This document shows, in pieces, positions 51,599 to 64,000 of a stretch of DNA of 64,000 bases. The stretch spans positions 34,906,001-34,970,000 of the forward strand of contig NC_043000.1 in the NCBI RefSeq assembly GCF_006345805.1, read 5' to 3'. Source of the stretch: Octopus sinensis. Lineage: Eukaryota. Numbering within the stretch: the stretch's first letter is position 1; the number at the start of each line of letters is the position of its first letter. Both the position numbers and the translations under genes were made by a program. The notes below the pieces were generated by a model. It was given only the letters and a program-made list of their open reading frames with translations. It searched no databases and was not told the origin of the DNA.

Positions 51599-54500
51599 TT
51601 AAACTGTGTGTAGATATGTATATATGTTTACATGCATTGTGTGTGTGTGTTAAAGAAAGTTACACACTCTTTCTTGTTTGCTACTCTAATACTTCTTACA
51701 AAGAAATATTGTTGTCAAACTTTGATGCTTTTGTTTTCTTGTAATCAATGATCTTAAGAATATAATTAACTCTCTTTTACATGTAAAACGCATTTCCCCA
51801 TGAGTTTAAAAAATAAACTACTGCTGATCGTTTGTGCTTTTCTGTTTTTGTCTCACCATATTTTCAAAGGATGTTTTTAGTGCTAAATTTTACTGCCCTA
51901 CTGGATATTAACATTTTTGTTTCTAGGGTTTCGCCTTATTTTATTCCAGTAGCATGTCTAGGGATAGTTTTATTACACCAAACTATATAAATCATAATAA
52001 TAGTACTTTAAACTGTAGACTTTGGTAAATATTAGTGTAAATATTATTTATTGTTCTAAAGTAGGTTTTTCATTTAGTATTTAAGCTTGACTATTTTTTT
52101 AACAAATTCCATGTGGAATTAGTTCAAAAGGTTTTGCTGTGTTTATAATTTACCATTAGTATTCTGTGGTGTGGCAAATACCATTTAGTAGAATTATAGC
52201 TATTTCACTTCACTTTTATTACTAATGTTCTTGTGAAAGGCATGAACATCAAATCTCCATTCTCACCTCCTCCCTGCCTCCAAACTCTCCAACATTTATT
52301 CCCCACTGACTGATTGCACTGATTTCTGAAAGTCAATAAATTGACTCTGTTTATCTGATTGAATATTAAATCATTATCAGGATGTTAGTTCAGGTGTCGA
52401 CTAATAAGCTGGTGTTGTTGGGTTCAAATCCTTTTTTATGACTTTTGTGTAACAGACAGTGCCCAAAGTTTGCTATTAGATAGAGAGCCCAAGGTAATTT
52501 TATTGAGAATTCTTATGTGGTTTACTCATGACAGTGTACTTACACATATTACTGGTATTCAGTTATTGATTATATTTCACTTCATGAACTGTACCTGTTT
52601 TCAAAGGGCCAGCCTTACTCTAAACATGCAGTACTAAGCTGAATCTACCTGAAAATTACTTTAAAGGTACAAGAAATATCTCTGGATTATTCAGTCACTA
52701 ACACTATAAATACAATGAGGAGCTGTAGTTTTGCTGATCAACTGACTAGACACCTGCTTCATTTACCTGTCAGCTATATTCCTTTACACATGCTTCAGTG
52801 TAATAAATTCAAAAATATTACAACAAAAGTTGTCCAAATCGCCACATCTTTGATATAGCTATCGTGGCTCTCTGAGTTTGCTGATGTATATTTTTGTTAT
52901 GTCATTTATTCAAACTTAAAATGGAAGTAGAGAATGACCATATTCATACACCTGTTCATCCATTCTTTTTCTTCTTATTTTACTTTGAAAATCCTGTAGG
53001 AATTGACAAAATTCATTTTGTTTTCACTGTTTCTCCTTCTTAGAAGAATTATACTTCATTAGGATTGACTTTGGGAAGATGTTTTTATTCTGCAAAATCA
53101 AGACCAGTTTGTTTTTCTATTAGATGAGAGATAGGTAACAATATTTCCTTATGAAAGATAATAGTTGTTTAATTGTCTGTGTATTCTTGCCAACCATCAC
53201 AACTAGCATATATTTCTATCTGCCTGTGTGTGGACACATAAACACACTGATATAATGTGTGTGTGTGATAGTTATGGAATAGCATGTTAGATGTATTAAG
53301 CTAAATGCATGGCTAGTATACATCTCTACAGCAATTAGTGAATGGCCTTCAATTTATGATTATTCAGAAGCTGTTTTTTTTCTCTCTCTCCTTCTCCATT
53401 GTCTTCCTTTCTCTCCATCTCTCCCACCTCCTCTGTTGTGTATGTGTGTGTGCACTAAGAACGAATTCAAACACTGTTATCTGCTCAACTGACGGAAGGA
53501 TCAACAGCAATGACAAATAAGTATACCCCTGTCACCCACCAAATATGCTCTACTTTAATTATCACACTGATGGTACTAATGATGCAAAAACATAAGTGAT
53601 AATGTTTATCTGTTACAGTTGAAATGTGAATCTTGAAAGTTGTTAAAAAGTCTAATTGGTTTCATTTTATACTCCAACATTCCATTATAAAAACTGAAAA
53701 TGATACCTAGGTAGCAACTAGAAAAGAAAATGGTTAAGACCAGTTTGGGAAATCTTTGAAATTGAGAGTTATGGGGAATGGAAACCTCAAACTAATTATT
53801 TAAAATAATTTTTATTCACTGCAACAAAATATGACCACAAAATAAATTCAGGTAGATTTAATTTGACTGGGGAAAACTGTCCATAACAAATGGTCATTTT
53901 AGAATGTTTCCTTGTCAGGAGTAACCATAAAGGACTCACTGATTGAATATTTTAAACAAATAAGCAAATATTACATTATAAAAAACAGGAAAAAAAAATC
54001 ACTAAATGAGCAATAATCTATAAATTACATTTGGCGAAAGATATGCTGAGCATCTTCTGCTGAAAATAGAAGTTAAAATTAATATGTCGACTTGAATACA
54101 ATGACAAAATAGTAAAACGCAGGTATGGTATTTTTGGTAGCTGCTAATATATTCATATTTAGCCAAAATATAATAGTTCAAAGTATTTATAAAATTAACA
54201 AAAAATTCCATTTCTCACTCAACCCATGGGTGATTATTTTCTTTCATTAAAATGACCATTTAGTCATTTGTCATGTAATTGACAGGAGATGAATTTCCTG
54301 CTAAAATGAATTTAATGTCCACTAAATGTGAGAGAACTCATCGCTAAAAAGTGATACTCTTTAGACATGTGGTAAACTAGTCAGATTTGTTTTATTAAAA
54401 CTAAAATACTAGTTTGTAGTTTATTTTCTAAAGGCTTTTGTGAGGGTATATAAGACAAGCTCGTTTTTTCCTTGTGTGTTAAAAACAGCAGTCAAAATTG

Positions 54501-56877
54501 CTGTTGTATCACTAATGTGAATTTAGTGTGTGCAGGGTAAAGTAATGAAGGTGAGTTGTGGAAACATTTTGCATGGTCTTCTGTTTTTATTCAGAGACTT
54601 GGGTGTTTTTTTCTTGGTGAAGGCTTAAAAAACTGTGTTCACATCATGTTCACACTGGACTGCACTGGTTCATTCCATGATTCACAACTGATCTTTCAGC
54701 AGAAGCAATTATTTTCATTCTTGCCTGTAGGCTCAAATAAGCTAAAAGTTTTCGTAGCAAAAGAGGAAAATTAGTCATGTGACTGTTTTTAGCTGAGGGG
54801 AACTTGTTAGTTCATGTGACTTTAAGGTAGGAAAATAGTGCTTAGTACACTAAAAAGTCATCCAACTCTATTCAGTTATCACTTGGTTCAGCCGTGTCCT
54901 CAACATGATCATAAAACAGCTCTTTATGTGCAGCACACACACACATGTTGCATACATTTACTAGGAGTAATTTCAAAACTCTAGTTCACATGCCATAAAA
55001 CAACAATGGAAAAATTTTAATAGACAATACACTTGTACCATACACGCACACATAGAACTCCCTGTAATACTTTTCTCAGCACAAAGCTAAATTAAATACA
55101 CAGGCATTATACGTGCATCACAGATGGGATAAGCATGTATCTGATGTTGGTGGAACACCCAATCAAATTCTGGTGGCTACATCTTTGTATGTGTGTGTGT
55201 GTTATTTTGCTTAATATATGCTACTGTTTGTTTCTAGTATGTTTTATTTTCTGTGTGAAATATTCTACTCCACACTGACAAAATACATCCTTTTGGTTGT
55301 ATAAATCTTCAATCTGTTATACATCCTAGAGCTTCTTTCCCAACTCATCCATTTCCCAAGTGCTCTCAGTCATATTAACCTTTCACCTTTCTTCACTGTT
55401 AGGGATGATAAACATTCTTAAAGGAGGTGAATCCATGCTGTGTAATCTTTTATCTTGTTGTCATACCTATAATTAATTCATGACGACTCCAATGGTGCTC
55501 CAATTATTCTGTTGAATAATTATTACAGCCATCATTTGATTAATTAATTGTTACATGTCAACTTCAGCTGATTTCATAAAATGCAGAGCATTCCCCCATA
55601 TTTCATCAAATTTTGTAGAATTTTCCCTTTAAAAGTTGTTTTAAAAACTTTCTCCCATTCTGAGTCTGAATAGTCTGCTGCTGCTGTTAAAAGTGCCGAA
55701 GTCGCATTGATTTTAAGTACTTTTACAATTAGGGTCTTCAGTTATTATTTCTGTGAAATAATCATGAATAAAGAATTATTATTATTTATTATTGCTAATG
55801 ATAATATATTGGAGTAATTTTATTAATAATTATTAATATTAATGACATTGAAGATAATATCAATAATTATATTAATTACTGCTCTTAGCTAAGGGCAAGA
55901 GATTTATAGAGTTAAGAGAAAAGTTAGAATTTACTTTATTATTTTGTGTAGAAGTGGCCTCTACAACATAGTAGTTGTCAGTAATAATAATGACAATAAA
56001 TGATTAACGCAGGCACAAGTCCTTTTTTAGATAAAGGAAAGAAAATATGAGTGTGCAGGTCTTTTTCATGATTATTAGTAATCTCAGTAACTGAAGTAAA
56101 CTGACTTTGACTTAGATTTGAAGACAGATTACATATTCAGCTTTGCTACTAATTTTAATAATGGTACCATTAATAGTATTTATATGGGTGTGCATTACAG
56201 TTATGTAAAATTGTTGTTGATGTTGATTGTTGTAATAATGCATTAACCACATTATTTTGTCATGGTAATACTGTTATTAGCAACACAAATCCTGTTGAAA
56301 GTACAGTTCTTTGTTCTATTTGTCATCGAAAATAAAAGAATGGTTCCCTCTTAGTTTTTGCTTATCTTTATTTTTAACTATATCGGAATTATGTAGGATT
56401 TATTTAGGAAACTGTTAACGAAAGAAAATAAATGTAATTAATAATTGATAAGATAATTTTTGAAATGTTCAACATTATCTGATGCGATGATGTGTCTTGG
56501 TTTTGTGATTGCTACCATCAATTGTTATATTAACTTGACCATTCTCTGTAGAATTTCATTTCCGCCAAGATACATTACCAGCTCAATACAACCCTGAAAA
56601 TGATTACAATTCTAATTATTTATGTAAACTCTATTTCTATTCAAACTTATTTGATAAAGTTCTATGAATATTAATATTATTTAATTTTCATTCTCAGTTC
56701 CATTAATCGAATTGGTAATTTTTATTTATCAAATGATATTGGCATTTATACGACTTCAAGCTGCCCAGTCTACACTTTGTGTCATCCTATTACATCTCTG
56801 TATAGACATCAACTCTTCTGACTAGACATACAGCTAGTTTTGTTGAGAACACTGTAAAGTTGGTCCAGTCAACTGAA

Positions 56878-56946
<69 letters not shown>

Positions 56947-57965
56947 CTGATGTTTTCTTGTGTGATCTCCAGCACAGTGAAACCATCTGAACACAGAAAT
57001 GGCACACAATTAGATGCTATGAGGAACTCAGAACATTAACATTTGTGTAAACTCATAGATCTATTGTTTCTCATTCTAAAGTCTTTGGTTACCCATCTTG
57101 TATATTTCCCATCACGTTTTGGCCTACTAGGGGGCACCACCAGATTTTATGATGGTAATTATAGTGATATGCAAGAAAACCTGTCTTATTATATTTTGTG
57201 TTTTATGTGGGATATAATATTAAGAACAAAATTTACTGAATTAGTAAAGATTATTTGCTAACATAACACGGCAGTCCTGGTTTAGGATGAATGTTGCTGT
57301 AATTTAGCCCCAGGAGACATCATCTCCAGCTGGCTATACGACATGATCTGTGTCCTTATATTTTCAAACAAGGGAATCTAGCACCCCGAATCAGCTCAAA
57401 ACAATATCTGCGTATTGCGATTTCCGGGTTATTTCCCTTCATGTTATGTTGGCAAACCATCTTTACTACAAAGTACTGTTGCTGAATATCTCTCATTGTG
57501 AGATTTAGAAATAGTAATTTTCTAAAATTTACTGAGTTTAAACTCTGAAAGTCCATGAACACATTGCGGTGAAACTGTTACAAAGAAAAATCTTAATTGC
57601 AGTGGATTTTACACTTATTTTTCATGAATTATTGCTCATAAATTATACTAATTTCTTCTACTTTGGGAAACTATGCTGGTTTATGACCAATACAAAATCA
57701 TATAATGTCTTTTAATATCATATATTTATATTCATACATTCTAACAACTTATTAAACATACAGAAAGCTGTAATACACCCTCACACACTCCCTGAACCTG
57801 TTATCCATTCAAAGTAAACTGGCAAAGTATGACTAATTAACATTAAGAATATTTCTGTTTTAATGATTACTATTTAGCTGGCATATTAATTAAGAAGTAT
57901 ATAAATATCTAGATTTCAGAGGCTTTGTTTCCTCAAACTGGTTTTATTCCTGTGACATACCTCCA

Positions 57966-58012
<47 letters not shown>

Positions 58013-58929
58013 AACTAAAGTTGGAAACTTATTAAAAATAATTGTTGCCACCATAAACATTTTATATTTGTTGGTGGATTGAAGTAAGAGAGATTTTCTT
58101 ATGTGTTTTATAACTATATTTTATAAATCTCTTGTAATTTCTAGTTTTTATTTCCTATTTTTTTTAATGATGCTTAATCAGATTATATATTTGTAGATAT
58201 CAGAATGTTTGTTTGCTGCATGAAATGGAAAACTCTAATAATGGTTTAGCCACAGTACCTTCAATGAAGGGCCATAATTTATATTATGGTTTCATCAAAA
58301 ATAGTTTTTCTTTGAAAGAGATATTGTTATCAATTTTTTTGTTTGAGTGTTTGTTTGATGTTTTCCTTAAGTGAGATAATTTTATTGATGAAGATTCTTA
58401 AAGAATAAATCCAATAGGAGAGAAAAATTGGTCAATTCAGTGTTTCACTGAGTTACTGCCTTGTATAGTTCCTGGCTGCCAAATCATCACAAATTCAAAT
58501 GTTGCTAGAATTGAAAAAAAGCAAAAAAGATTATCATCGTATAATTTGGTCTTCGTATTACTCATCTTCCTTATTATGGCTTGGAAGCAATTTTATTTAG
58601 CTCTAAAAATAGACATAGTAATAGCAAATATGTGTGTGTGTCTATATATAAACACACACACACACAATATTATTATTTCTATTTTTAATTAAATGAAAAT
58701 GTTTGTGCCTGCTCCTGAAACCAATCTGCTTCATCAAGCAGTCCCCACATCTCATCCTTCTGCTTCTCATCCCTCTATCACTCTCCAAACTATGGCACTA
58801 CTCAGCTGCTGTTATCACTTCAGAGCAGAATTGGGAATCCACCCAAGCAGTGATAACAACAACCCGTGTGCATATTGCCTGGATGGCAACACTGTGCAGG
58901 CAAATAGATAGCTGGGTTCTTGGATCATT

Positions 58930-59093
58930 TTGAACCAGGAATAAGGATACCATGTTAATCCTATAGAGAATACACTGCTGAGTGTGAAATGGGAGACAGA
59001 ACTTGAGGAAATCCAGCACCACTACACATAGAAGATTGAGTGGATGTAACAAATGAGCTATTGGGAGAGGCTAGAGGAGCTGAAGCTCTATTT
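58930..59093 (+). mobile_element. CR1-like LINE fragment
   Basis: ELEEIQHHYT*KI...[13 protein letters not shown], homologous to 60350-60480 on the minus strand. Confidence 0.65.
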
Positions 59094-59095
59094 CC

Positions 59096-59895
<800 letters not shown>

Positions 59896-59949
59896 CAAAA
59901 TTGTTGATGTAAAATCATGTTTTGAAACAGATATATATATATTATCTGT

Positions 59950-61600
59950 TACTGATTTTTCAGCCCAGGGCTGAGGTCATGCTGGTGCACCACCTGTAGT
60001 TACTCGTTGTTGTTTCCAGTATTGCTTTTTGGTGAAGTAGTGAATTGGACGGAGCTGCTCTTCTTTACATCTCCTGCCGCGATGTAGGTTCATCTGGTAT
60101 CTCGGATAGAAACCTGTCCAGACGTTCCTTGAAGACTTCCACATCAACACCATGTAGGTCTCTAAGGTTGCCTAGCAGGATGTTGAACAATTGCAGGCCC
60201 TTGAAACTCACACTATTGCAGTACTGTGTCCTTATTTTAGATGAAGAAGAAAGTGGGATATTTGGTATGATGCAGTACTGTCCAGTTCAGGGATTGGTAT
60301 AGCTGCCAATTCCAAAATTGGGAGCTAAACTCAAAGATCTTCCAATTATATATCACCACATATCTCTCTCGTTTTCTCTCCATGGAATAGAGACTCAACT
60401 CCTTTAGCCTCTCCCAGAAGCCCATCTTTTACATCAAGTCAATCTTCTTTGTGTATTGGCGCTGGATTGCTTCGAGTTACACAGTTTGATTCACACTTTC
60501 TGGGAACCATATTTGGGAGCATTAGTCCAAGCAGCTGAGAAAGAAAGTCCTCTATAGGAGTAGCACGGCCTCACTTTTCCTGATTCTGAATTTACTTAGA
60601 ATCCATCCAGCCACTCACCTGCACAGTGTTGCCATGTTGGTAATATGCACATGGAATGTTGCATCATTGCTCATGTGAAACCCCAAGTCACACACTGACC
60701 CTGACTCTGGGATTGTATTACCTTCTGGTCCAGTGTATTCCAATTTTAGCCTGGTGTTGAGCTGATAGTGGAGTGCCTGAAATTTCATAGCATTGAACTG
60801 CATATTATTTTAGTTAGCCCACTTTTATAATTCATTCAGGTTTTTCTGCAGTTTTATGATGTCAGCATAAAAGGTCAAATTGGCTGTCTGTACCATGGAG
60901 GGCATGCCTGAGAGGGCCACCACAAATAATAGTGGTCCCAGTACAGTTCCCTGTAGGACTCTGCTGTGAATTGGTGTTTCTTCAGAGTGAGCACCATTGG
61001 TTACTAATGTCTGACTCCTGCCCTTCAGAAAATCCTGCAACCACTCTCCCAGTTCCTTGATAATAGCAAGGTTTCACAGTTAGTGACATATCATGCCATG
61101 GTCAACCTTGTTGAAAGCCTTGGCAAAGTCAAGGTATTTCACGTCTACAGCTGACTGGTTTAGCTGTTGTTTCAGTACCCAGTCAAAGTGCTGCAGCAAC
61201 TTGTGTCAGGCAGCACCTCCCTGGACGGAAGCATGCTGGGTGTTTGTGAGAAGGTTATTTTTTTCTAGGAATGTGATCAGCCTTTTTCTGACAATGCATT
61301 CCATTGTCTTGCTAACATGTGAGGTCAGAGAGATAGGCGTGTAGGTTTTAGCATCTGCTCTGCAGCTTCCTTTATGGACAGAGTATATTATACCCTCTTT
61401 TAGCATGTTGGGAAGTTTACCACATGCCAGGAAACTCTGAAAGAATATCTGCAGTGGATTTGCAAGAGCCTTTGTACCTGTCTTTAAGAGAACAGCTGGG
61501 AGTCCATCTGGGCCTGTTGCTGAGTTTGATCTCATCTCATCAATGGCCGCTTCTGTTATGCTGATGTAATTAATAGTTGCCTCTTTGCTGAATAGATTTG
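59950..61600 (-). mobile_element. CR1-like LINE ORF2 RT, degenerate
   Basis: ATGPDGLPAVLLK...YTPISLTSHVSKTMECIV...YLDFAKAFNKVDHG...QGTVLGPLLF...FYAD...FNAMKFQAL...WERLKELSLYSMERKRER (ORFs 61206.., 60825.., 60615.., 60237..). Confidence 0.9.
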
Positions 61601-61639
61601 TTGCATTGAAATATATATATGTGTGTATATGTTTATATA

Positions 61640-62250
61640 TATGGAAGAGGTAGACCCAGGAAAACCTGGGATGAGGTGGTGAAGCACAACCTTTGAATGT
61701 TGGGCCTCACGGAGGTGATGACAAGTAACCGAGACCTTTGGAGATATGAGTGCTTCAGAAGACTTGGCAAGCCAAGTGAGACCATAACTGTGGCCTATGC
61801 TAGTACAGCATAACCAGCCCTTTTAAGAGTACCCTTCAATCATTGGCCAATGAACTGCACTTGTGAAGACCTGTTGAGTCGAGTGAAGTCATTGTTGTGG
61901 TTGATGACAGTACCACCTGATTGGTACCTGGTGGCACGTAAAAAGCACCATTCAACTGTGATCGTTGCCAGTGTCACATGAATGGCTCCCGTGCTGGTGG
62001 TACATAAAAAGAGCATTCAAGTGTGGTCGATACCGGTACTGCCTGACTGGCTCTCATGCTGGTGGCATGTAAAAAGCACCCACTACCCTCTGAGAGTGGT
62101 TGACGTTAGGAAGGGCATCCAGCTGTAGAAATTTTGCCAGATCAAATTGGAGCCTGGTACAGCTTTCTGGCTTGCCAGCCCTCAGTCAAGCCATCCAACC
62201 CATGCCAGCATGGAAAGCAGACATTAAACAAAGACGATGATGATGATATA
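61640..62250 (+). mobile_element. RTE 3' end / RTE-tail repeat with internal ~60-bp tandem repeats
   Basis: GRPRKTWDEV-like start, then repeats and tail homologous to 962-1388 and 4900-5375. Confidence 0.85.
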
Positions 62251-63649
62251 CATGTGTGTGTAAGTATGTATATATATTGTGTGTGCGTGTATATATGTAT
62301 ATATATATATATTTTTGCATTTAATTTTGGGGGTTTTAGTGCCAGAGCTGCAGCCAAGCTAGGGCACTGCTGTTAATATATTTTACATATTTTGACCACA
62401 AATATAGTAACATTGTAAATGTTTGCTCTCTACATTCATATGAACATATAGTTAATCAAGGCAGGTGTAGCTGTGTGGTGAAGAAGTTCACTTTCTAATG
62501 ACAGGACTCCCTTTCACATTCAGATGTTGCTTATGATAAGGTTATCGTTATTATCAAAATTTGTCAATACATTTCTACTTACTCCCTTGTTGTGTAAGTG
62601 CTTTATTAATTAATTCAATATTGCCAACATTTGCACTGTTATGCAAATTGGACAAACCACTTTAGTTGTGTCTGAGCGTGTGTATACTATAAATTATTTT
62701 AAGCTGCTTGTAATCAAGGAAATGACTAACCCATCTTTGATGTTTGAAAACTGGAGATTGGTTGAATTAGTCTTCTTCTGCTGGCCACAGAAAGAAAAGC
62801 CTTTAGTTTAATCAAAATTTCAGTCTTTACTGAGAAAGGTTAATTATGTTCACTGAAACAAACACATATATTTACTCTTCATGTTTCTACATATCTCTCC
62901 CCCTCACACACACACATATATATATGTAGTAACACATGAATGTCATTTAAATTTGCAACAGCTGTTTTGGTGAGAACTTTATTCAATGTAGTCTTAAAGA
63001 TTACATCATATTATGTGAATCCACCATCTTCAGGCAAAATTTAAATGGTCAACTGAGATATTAGCCAATGTTGATATGCCGTGAGTCTTAATGCTAGACA
63101 AAAATGGAAATGACAGTATTTGACACTCTCAGTGAGGTCATGGTTTACAACTTGTGAGCACATGCGAAGACAGGAAAATTTTAACTCTTTCGTGAAGTCA
63201 CATATGCTTATATACTTATACTTGTAAACACATGATAGTTTCCTCATTTTCCTTCAATCAAGTTCACTCACAAGGCTTTAAGAGGCTTGGGGCTATAGTA
63301 GAAAACACTGCCCAAAGTAACCCACAGTATGAGTATATATATATAATGTATGTTTATGTATGTGTGTGTGTATCTGTATTCTATGATTTTCAGTAAAGAG
63401 AGTAAAGTTAATGTCATTATAAAAAACACAGAAAATCTTTTGAAATACGACTGGTTAGGGTTTCCTGGGCAAATTTATTTTGCGATTTTATCAAGCTAGT
63501 ATAGATAATAAAATGGTTTAATAACTGTGTTTGAGGCAATCAATGTTTGAAAGAGGATGTGCATTTACAAAAAAAGACAGAGAAATCAAAGGGAGATAAT
63601 ATCACTGTAAAAAATTAGAAAAATTACATGGACCAACACTAGAATGTGT

Positions 63650-64000
63650 TATGACGTGTCCAGTGGTGTATTCTTAATTCTTGTTAAGATGAAATTTGTA
63701 AAATACAGACAAAAAAAAATGCTCCTGGTATTTATACTATCATTGGAGATTCTTAAGATTTCTAAGACAGTTTTTCAAGCAAATGTACAGAACCTCCTCT
63801 TCACACATTGCTTTAAAATTTGGTCTGAGAAAGGATCTTCCATCTGATGTTACAGCTGATGTTCTCGTCTTGAAGTTTCCATATTAATGCTGAGAGAGTT
63901 GTTGCATGTCTCTTCTTGGGATGTCTAAAGATTGAAAAATAGTTATTGTATCTGGATTAAAATTTTCCTCTCACTGATCCAATGTAACATCTGGTCTCTG
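63650..64000 (-). mobile_element. Penelope-like element GIY-YIG endonuclease C-terminal remnant
   Basis: CYIGSVRGKF*SRYNNYFSIFRHPKKRHATTLSALIWKLQDENISCNIRWKIL...LLEKLS matches the PLE pattern YIG..FK.RY..H..SFR...T.LS..IW.LKD....W.I; runs off the window end. Confidence 0.75.

Noticed and set aside
54029-54059. Kinase-like motif EDAQHIFRQI suggesting a Ser/Thr kinase gene
   Set aside because: No HRDLK, DFG or APE exon was found anywhere on that strand; too short to support a call.

Overview
AT-rich eukaryotic genomic DNA, not prokaryotic: no operons, CRISPR arrays, rRNA or true tRNA genes. The very dense (TA)n/(CA)n/(GAT)n/(AAT)n microsatellites and recurrent tRNA-derived SINE families look like an octopod cephalopod genome (inference from pattern recognition, not verified). 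Most of the window is decayed mobile elements: RTE, CR1/Jockey-like and R4/Dong-like non-LTR retrotransposons, Penelope-like fragments, Tc1/mariner and piggyBac-like MITEs, and several SINE families. Almost all supplied ORFs are microsatellite translations or TE remnants. No conserved, nameable host gene could be recognised. The best gene evidence is a phase-consistent pair of terminal exons on the minus strand (5895-5970 and 5599-5680, with AATAAA downstream), plus lower-confidence exon candidates on both strands and a promoter/5'UTR-like CT/GA-rich block near 17.2-17.9 kb. Notable structures: three different R4/Dong-like 3' ends stacked at (TAA)n tracts, a CCA-containing minisatellite, several foldback/inverted-repeat structures, and a nested SINE with a templated 20-bp insertion. 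I found no convincing evidence of a new multi-gene system. Family assignments come from remembered motifs, not database searches, and TE boundaries are approximate.
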